NCBI GenBank assembly: GCA_054661495.1
Contig: BAAFSQ010000102.1
Span: 1 to 31,960, forward strand
Direction: 5' to 3'
Length of the DNA stretch: 31,960 nucleotides
Source of the DNA: Zygophlyctis sp. KS116
Lineage: Eukaryota > Fungi > Chytridiomycota
Under the pieces are notes generated by a model that saw only the letters and a list, made by a program, of their open reading frames with translations, had not been told where the DNA came from and did no database searches. Below are positions 23,039 through 31,960 of the stretch, one piece after another. Each line of letters opens with the position of its first letter. Positions within the stretch are counted from its first letter, which is position 1. A program made the translations under genes and the position numbers.

Positions 23039-23213
23039 AATCCAAGCAGTAAAAGTTTTTTTGGTTTTTATCGCCGAGGCCGACAGAAAGAAACGGAATC
23101 TAAGACGGAGGAATTGTCTCCGAATGTATTGAAACGGAACCGGCTAATTATTACTCATGGTAGTGGGCCCGCCACCCGAACAATTAAAATAAATTTAAAG
23201 ACAGGTTTATCAA
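23039..23213. promoter_or_regulatory. 175-nt CG-rich divergent intergenic region (LicD / GT15)
   Basis: Divergent ATGs at 23038 and 23214; about 10 CpG, repeated ACGGA, short inverted repeats. Confidence 0.5.
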
Positions 23214-24469
23214 ATGAGGATATCTGTGGTTGCAACGTGCTTATTAATTCTGATGAAGCAGTATTTTGCCAAACTATCAAACATAACTCTATTCTCGGAT
23301 CACGAACTCACTCTGCTACTCCCGCTAAACAAAACAGTTGATGAAATAGGACCACTCCTAAGCAAAGAGTTGGATTATTCTCTGGATAATGTGTATAATA
23401 TAATGGGGACTTTTAAAAAGAAACAAGTTCAGCCAGTTATAAAAGGCGCGTTTCTGGCTCTTGTCCGCAATGAATTGCAACTATCTCAAATATTGTCTAC
23501 CATGGCTACGATAAACTCTAAATTAGAATACCCTTGGATAATTCTTCATGAATCACCAATATCATCAGATTTCAAATTCGCTGTTCAATCATTTACTAAA
23601 AATAAGGTCAAGTTTGGTCTTTCCAAACAAATATATAGGCATTTACCAAAAAATATACTTGAGAATGCAATATCATACATCAAAAGTAAGAAGGTGGATT
23701 ATACGGCTTTAGATACAATAATGCATATGAGGCAGTTATATTCAGGACTTTTTGTTAATCATACTCTACTTAAAGATATAGACTATATTTGGCGAGTAAG
23801 ATATTATAATTAAGAAAAATAGATTGATCCTGGAGTCAAATATCTCTGCGATTTGGACTATGATCCCATTTTGTATATGAAATTATCTGGAAAAAAATAT
23901 GGGTTTAATGTACTGGGGATTGAATCAATGTCAATGCAACGAGGATTTTGGAAGCCAACGATTTTAAATTCTAAAAATTTTGATAAGTATCATCAATTAC
24001 CATGGTATTTAAATTATAATGGTGGGATTAATCTATGGAATTCTTTTGAAATTATTGATTTAGAAATATATAGACGGCAAGAGTATTTGGATTATGTCGA
24101 TCACATGAAAAATCTCGCTCAGAAAAATGTAATTACTGTTTAATCTAATCCAAGTCTCTTAATCAAGAATGGATTGATCCTAAAATTAGAAATTTATCAC
24201 ATAAATTACTACTTTCTTTATCAGAAACACATTATTTTGGTGATCTCGGCTATCAATTTGATGGGAATTTGGTTTGTCCGATTGGAGGATATGCTGGTTC
24301 TCAAAGGTATAAATTAAACTGTAACTGTGATGTGTCCTATGACATATATCATATGAAATGGTTGTATGCAGAGATGTATAGTTTTTATGGATGGAATGTA
24401 CATTATCATTTTGCAAAAAGATACCTTTGGAAAGTTACAATGAGTAGAATAAGTACACGAGATAAATAG
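23214..24469 (+). CDS. Divergent glycosyltransferase family 15 (Kre2/Ktr/Mnn6-like mannosyltransferase)
   Basis: GAFLALVRNE, YPWIIL, YSGLFVNHTLLKDIDYIWRIDPGVKYLCDLDYDPILYMKLSGKKYGF, LWNSFEIIDL, HYFGDLGY, VCP..CNCD. Introns 23796-23822, 24129-24154. Confidence 0.82.
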
Positions 24470-24504
24470 AAAAATTTGGATTTGTAAGCGAATTTGAGAT
24501 TAAG

Positions 24505-26195
24505 ATGAATCGCTTCATGATTTCCAGTCTATTGAAGAGATCATCCAGCAATGTCGCAATCATTGATCAGTTTAATCGCCAATTTAGTTTTAATGAGTTG
24601 CATCTTGATGTACAAGAGATGATGAGAACGATAAAGTAATTTTATTGGTTAATACAAGGATAGAGTCTGGATCTCGAGTAGGAATTTTAACCGGTAGAGA
24701 TTACAGTTTTGTGGTAGCATTGATGGCTATACTTGAATCCCGAGCAATTGCTGTTCCTCTTTGTAAGTATGGGATTGTAATACGATAGGCGAAAATCATA
24801 CAGTAAAGGAACTAGAATATACATGCAGAGATTCTGAAGCCTCGTTGATACTTGGTAGACCACAGTTGAGGTACTTAAGTGATCAGATTGTTTGCTCATT
24901 GCCGCATCTCAATATTAATGACTTGAAAGACTATGATGATCCTTCAATTTTAAGATCAGACATTGAATTGAAATTAAATGATCTAGATAGTGATGATGCT
25001 TTATTGCTATATACGAGTGGAACAACGGGACGTCCTAAAGGTGTCCTGATGACATTGGATAATATAAAGGTAATCAATATGGGTTCAGAAAAAAGGCTCA
25101 AATTAAGGGGATGCAGCAAGCTTGGGAGTGGAGTAGCTCGGATCATTTGGTAAGTAAATGAACTGTTCTAACGAAATAGCTTCATGTTTTACCGCTTCAT
25201 CATACTCATGTAATCTTTACTAGAAATATTCACGATTAGGGACTTGTGAATTGTCTTTTGACGTCAATATTTAGTGGTGCGACTTGTGAATTTATCAATC
25301 CTGTAAATGCGAAGAATATATGGGCTAGATGGATGAGATCGGACCAAAATTTAACTCTCTTTATGGCTGTACCGACAATATACTGTAAGAGATATTATAT
25401 TAAATTAAATAGCTAAACTTATTCATGAATATGACTCCATGTCAAGCGAAAACCAAAAGAAGGCAAAAGATGCATGTCGCCAGTTCCGTTTGATGATCTC
25501 TGGTTCGAGTTCATTACCAAAACATATCTTTGAAAGATGGGAAGATATATCTGGCCATAGACTATTAGAAAGATACGGAATGACTGAAATAGGAATGGCG
25601 CTTGGTAATCCTTTACGAGGCCCTCGCATTCCTTCATTCGTAGGATTTCCTTTTCCTGGAGTTGATGTAAAGATTAAGACTGAAAATGATTTTGATCCTG
25701 GATTGGAATCTCCGGGAGAGCTCCTTGTAAAGACTAAACAAATGTTTAAAGGATATTGGAAACGACCTGAAGAAACGGAAGCATCATTTGAAAATGGATG
25801 GTAATATTTAATTATTTCACCTAAAAAGGTTTAAGACTGGTGATATTTGTCAAAAGAATTCAAACGGATTTCAAATTCTGGGAAGAAAATCTGTGGATAT
25901 CATTAAAAGTGGTGGATACAAAATTTCAGCATTGGAAATAGAAAAAGAAATCCTAGATTGTCCAGATGTTGTCGATGTTTCCGTTGTTGGAGTTCCTTGT
26001 GAAAAATTAGGAGAGAAAATTGCTGCATTGGTCTCTGTAAGATCAAAAGAATTCAATCTAAACATCCTTTCAGATTTTCTAAAGACAAGGCTCGCACCTT
26101 ATAAGCAACCAAAGGCATTTCATTTCGTAGACAGTATTCCACGAAATGCTCTAGGAAAAGTCAATAAGAAAGATTTAGTGAAGTTTTTTGATTAA
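24505..26195 (+). CDS. ACSF3: Malonyl-CoA synthetase-like acyl-CoA synthetase (ACSF3/MatB family)
   Basis: YTSGTTGRPKG, LHVLPLHHTHG, FMAVPTIY, RLMISGSS, GHRLLERYGMTEIGMAL, GWFKTGD, DIIKSGGYKISALEIE, PRNALGKVNKK. Seven introns: 24636-24658, 24763-24788, 25070-25095, 25150-25179, 25210-25239, 25385-25412, 25801-25828. Confidence 0.92.
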
Positions 26196-26243
26196 TGCAA
26201 GCGATCTTTTTTAAGAAAATTCTATAAACAGAGAATCAATAAT

Positions 26244-26897
26244 CTATCGCCCACCTCTTCCTCTATTAAAACCACCTCTGGCTCCACCACGACCTCCTAC
26301 TATTAAAAGATTATAATCTTACCGCCTCTTCCACCGAATCCACCGCCTCTACCTCCGAATCCACCTCTACCTCCAAATCCACCACCTCTACCTCCAAAAC
26401 CACCACGGGCACCACCTCTTCCACCGAATCCACCACGGGCACCGCCTCTTCCTCGTTTAGGGACCATACCCTGCCTTCCAAGAGGCTTTGAGACACCCAT
26501 AGTCTTTGGCTTTGGCAAGAATCGATCCAATGGTAGAAGCTTATCTGGAGCAATGAATACTTTATCATTTGCTTTGAAACTAGTTGCCAATACACCTTCT
26601 TGTAGCTTTACTGTGAAATAAACTTGATTGATCGGTCCTAAAATCTCATCAACTTTTCCGATCTGAGTTTTATTTTCCAAATAGATTGGAGCATTAAAGT
26701 ATGGAATTTTGCCTTGAGAAGGTAATCTTGAACAAACCATATCACCTTCTGATGGATGCACAAAAGCTCCCATTTCTAATATTAATCGACCGATGCATCT
26801 TACCAACAACATGATCAGGGGGTCCTGAATTGTATCCTCCTGCATTGTATCCTCCTGCATTATAGCCACCTGAGTTATATCCTCCTCGTCTAGACAT
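26244..26897 (-). CDS. GAR1: H/ACA snoRNP protein Gar1
   Basis: [61 protein letters not shown]-terminal RGG repeats. Introns 26776-26803, 26297-26322. Confidence 0.96.
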
Positions 26898-26994
26898 GTA
26901 AAAAAATAGCAAGTCAAATTTGTCCTTGATGGCGCATTTCACCCAAGCCAAGACACCTATAATGATGATATGACAATTTATTCAAAATTCAAAA

Positions 26995-27950
26995 TTATTT
27001 TAATGGTAGCGCAATCTGTTGTGTATTTGGATAAATGAGATTTTGAACAAACACTTCCTTTAGCCGCGAATGAATCATTGCAGTTAATTTTGGAACATCT
27101 TTAAGTTTAGACTTGTGACCCACCAAAGATTTAATTTCAAGTCCAAGTATACAAGAATTCAAAAAAGAACAAGAAATACTAGGAATAGTCACATCTGTCC
27201 CTGATAATAATTCAATCCGCAACTAAACTTAGATTAAAAAAATTACAGTCCCAATAATCTCTGTAATAATAACCTGAAGAGAAATCTAGCCATCACTTAC
27301 TTTAAACTTACAGGAAGTGATGCGATGTATGGTTTAGGCCATGATACAATTAAACTCGTATCTAAACTTATTGATATTTGATCTGTAAAAGAAAAATCAA
27401 ATAGAAAAACCATTGAGCCTTGAGATGAAACATCTACTTTAGCATTTTTAATATTTGGAAAGTCTTCTCCAAGTAAGAGATTAGTTATCTGAATTGGACC
27501 CTAGACTTGTTATCAGGAGTTAACTACCAGCAAATACGGTAACTGATCAGACACTTTAGTATTCAAAAGATGATCGAGCCTTTGTATTATTTTGCCTCTC
27601 CATTCTTCTGAATCCCTGTATTCTGAAAGACATCTTGCCAAGAATAAAGATAACCATTCACAAGATTCCAGAGAGTCACTTAACCTTAATTTCTTGAGAA
27701 TGTAAGAATCCAAGGTTTTTTTGACGACGGGAACCTATTAAATGAATGATCTTCCTAAAAATACCTTGATCGCTCTAATCTTTTTCAGATTCATTTCTAA
27801 TCTTGTTTCTGCGGTCCCCCGAAACAAGAAGACTTTGAGAAGAATAAATATTAATAATGCCAAAATCACTTGTCCGGCGACAAATCCTTTAATAAATTCC
27901 TTGTTTGCAAGATTAACTGCTTCTAATACTTCTTCCTTTTGAGGGTCCAT
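26995..27950 (-). CDS. MMM1: ERMES complex subunit Mmm1 (SMP domain)
   Basis: FIKGFVAGQVILALLIFILLKVFLF, ESCEWLSLFLA, LGEDFP, IVSWPKPYIASLPVSL, IKSLVGHKSKLKDVPKL, LIYPN. Introns 27735-27764, 27501-27527, 27274-27300, 27223-27246. Confidence 0.9.
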
Positions 27951-28114
27951 TGAGACTGAACTGATCGTCAAGATAAGTACAAGATTGCTAAAGATTGGGG
28001 GTGAGTTTGGGAATTGTCATCAGTCGGCATCTAAATGAGCCAATATTCAATATTATAGGCAATGAATGCACCAATCGGACAATTTATAATCTTCCGTTAA
28101 CGTTTCTCATAAAT
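27951..28114. promoter_or_regulatory. 164-nt divergent intergenic region (MMM1 / MAPK) with CCAAT boxes
   Basis: Divergent ATGs at 27950 and 28115; ATTGG, GCCAAT and ACCAATC present. Confidence 0.4.
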
Positions 28115-29591
<1,477 letters not shown>

Positions 29592-29618
29592 GATAATGAA
29601 GAATAATATTTTTTCATT

Positions 29619-30443
29619 TTATGACGATGACCAAGTATTTAAATATTCCACTAATGCATCAGCGACTGTCTGTAAATCCTGAGTTTTTAGAGTTTTTGCT
29701 TGTTTCAGAAATTGTAAATGTAATCTTCGTGATTCTATCAAACTCATCTTCTTATTGCAAACAAACTCCTTTACAGATTTTTCCCACTTAATCTTTATCC
29801 TGCCTTCCTTTTGAGCTTCAAAAACAACTTTTAATCCATCTTGAATTAACTTATCAATTGAATGCAAGTAATTTGACTCTTGTAGCGGAGTAACTTCAGT
29901 GGAAATCTAAATTTAAAAAGTAATATTTACCTTTGATGATATTGTCCCTTGTAATAAACATTTTAATTTATCTGCATTAAATTCTTGAACTTCATGAGCA
30001 ACAACATTCAAGACTGGTGTTTCCCACTTATTCTTAATACAAGGTTCTTCAAATCTCTGATACAGATCACTAATCTCTTGTTCAGTATAAAAATCTGATC
30101 CATGCTCTAACGAAGATTGTAAATCACACATGACATTAATAATCACAAACGGAGTCTTTAGAGCTTTTGCGACACATGTTAACTGATATCTAAAACCTTT
30201 AATGTAATTAAGCGAATCGACAATAATAATGTTTGACTGATTTAGAAACTTTTCAGCTGCAGATAGTATTTCCCCTCTTTGAATCTTTTCAGCCTTTGCA
30301 TTAGAGTACAATCCCAGTTTCTGAATACTTAAAAACTCTTCATTAATGATGATGACATTCCTGTCAGTGAATTGACTTTTAATGACATTTGCTAGTTCAG
30401 TTTTTCTAGACATTGGAGGACCGGTCAATATAATGAGTGGCAT
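29619..30443 (-). CDS. KTI12: Elongator-associated PSTK-like protein Kti12
   Basis: [58 protein letters not shown]. Intron 29907-29930. Confidence 0.92.
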
Positions 30444-30511
30444 TTCAAATGGTTGAGTACAAAAGGTGCCACACAAAATTTCCCGCAGACGGTGGATTAC
30501 GAAAACTTGAA
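30444..30511. promoter_or_regulatory. 68-nt bidirectional promoter (KTI12 / GMPPA) containing TTTCCCGC
   Basis: Divergent ATGs at 30443 and 30512; TTTCCCGC at 30479-30486 matches the E2F consensus TTTSSCGC. Confidence 0.45.
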
Positions 30512-31960
30512 ATGGAAAAGACTGCTTCTAATATAAAAGCCATTATCCTTGTAGGAGGAAACTCATCAGGTACTCGCTTTCGGCCATTGTCCATGGATAC
30601 TCCAAAACCTCTTTTTCCTATTGCCGGAAAGCCAATGATTTATCATCATGTCAGCGCTCTTTCCAGAGTACCGGGAATGAAGGAAATTCTAATCATTGGG
30701 TTCTATGAGGCTAGCATATTTGATAGGTTTCTAACGGAAGTTCAGGTAAATGACTTTATTGACACGTAGATTGAATTTCCACGGCTCGCAATCAGATATC
30801 TACGAGAATATAAATGTTTGGGGACTGCTGGAGGAGTGCATCATTTCAGAGATGAAATAAGAAGAGGAGAAGTCTCTGATTTTTTTGTAATGAATGCTGG
30901 TAATTGAAAAAGGTTAATGATAGATATTGCTTCTAGTTTTCCATTATTGGACTTATTTTCTGCTCATATTAAAAATGATGGAATTTGTACAATGTTAAGT
31001 ACCAAAGTGGATTCTGATATTGCAAACAAGTTTGGTTGTATTGTTACAGATCCAGAAAAAGAGGAATTGGTTTTGCATTTTGTCGAAAAGCCAGAAAGTT
31101 TTATTTCAAATGTGATTTCTTGTGGTGTATATGTATTTAGCTCAAAAATATTTCCATTCTTGGCTGATGCATTATCAAATAAAAGAAATAAGGAAATTGA
31201 AGAAGGGACTCCATTGACTAATATGATGCAATCTAATCGGGTAGAAGATGATTTAATTCAGTTTGAAAAGGATGTTTTACCTTTATTAATGCCAATGAAA
31301 TTATTATATACATGGACTTGTATTCAAGGTAGAGATTTTTGGATGCAGGTAAAGACGGGCTCGGCAACAATACGGGCAAATCGGGCTTATTTACAATATT
31401 ACATGACGGTTTTTCCGAGAAAATTGTCATCTTCTCATCAAATTCATACAGGACCAGGTGCAGGGACAAAGGAGAATCCTGATGAACCAAAGGTTGAATT
31501 GATTAAACCTGTCTTTATTCATCCTTCAGCACTGATTCATCCTACTGCTAAATTAGGACCAAATGTATCTATTGGTCCTAGAACTGTAATTGGTCGAGGT
31601 GTGCGAGTTCGAGACTCTATCATTTTAGATAATTGTGAAATCAATCATGATTCCTGTATTTTGAATTCTGTGATAGGATGGGATTCTAAAATTGGTAGCT
31701 GGACAAGAATTGAGGGAGCTTCTTTGAAAGATTCTGAGTCATTGGAGACCACTCGAAAAGGATTTAAATTGCCTTCTGCAAGTAAGTTTATAAGTCAATT
31801 TTTTTTATATGTCAATTTCCAAATTGAATATTATCGCTGTTGCATACTAAACCGTAGCTATTTTTGGTAAAGATGTCCGAGTGGCTGATGAAGTGATCAT
31901 TAGAAATTGCATTGTTCTACCTCATAAAGAACTCAAGAAAAGTTTCCAGAATGAGATTTT
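30512..31960 (+). CDS. GMPPA: Mannose-1-phosphate guanylyltransferase alpha/regulatory subunit (GMPPA/Psa2-like), 3'-partial
   Basis: [31 protein letters not shown] has the 2-aa insertion typical of alpha subunits; [39 protein letters not shown], LbH repeats, [11 protein letters not shown]. Introns 30746-30769, 30900-30923, 31782-31857. Confidence 0.92.
31782..31857 (+). other. 76-nt spliceosomal intron (the only long intron in the window)
   Basis: GTAAGT donor, TACTAAAC branch-like sequence, TAG acceptor; removal restores the conserved ...[28 protein letters not shown]. Confidence 0.85.

Noticed and set aside
26244-26460. GC-rich CCACC/CCTCT repeats as a distinct element
   Set aside because: They encode the normal C-terminal RGG tract of Gar1.
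26955-26994. ATGATGA box C-like motif upstream of GAR1 suggesting a C/D snoRNA
   Set aside because: No suitably placed CTGA box D or terminal stem within the spacer.
31782-31857. Long intron as U12-type intron, nested twin intron or snoRNA host
   Set aside because: The donor is U2-type GTAAGT, there is no internal AG positioned to give two micro-introns, and no C/D or H/ACA boxes are evident.

Overview
AT-rich, extremely compact eukaryotic DNA, most consistent with a zoosporic fungus (chytrid-like). Fungal markers (Chs4/Skt5, Kre2/Ktr GT15, Mnn4-like LicD, Mmm1, Slt2-like MAPK) occur together with the centriole gene C2CD3 and animal-type genes lost in Dikarya (FRMD8-like FERM, CABLES-like cyclin, ADCY10/sAC-family cyclase). 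Manual splicing gives 19 protein-coding genes (first and last partial) and 58 GT-AG introns. 57 introns are only 23-32 nt (mode 26) and one is 76 nt. Intergenic spacers are 13-175 nt. No rRNA, tRNA, CRISPR array or mobile element is evident. Main leads: (1) the micro-intron and micro-intergenic gene architecture; (2) the single long GMPPA intron with two mutually exclusive hairpins; (3) three stop-free in-frame introns confined to the MAPK; (4) an sAC-family cyclase with Gln/Ala specificity residues (possible guanylyl cyclase); (5) a head-to-head Mnn4-like/Ktr-like pair; (6) a catalytically dead sphingoid-kinase-like protein with His-rich 15-aa repeats. All homology calls are from recalled family motifs, not database searches.
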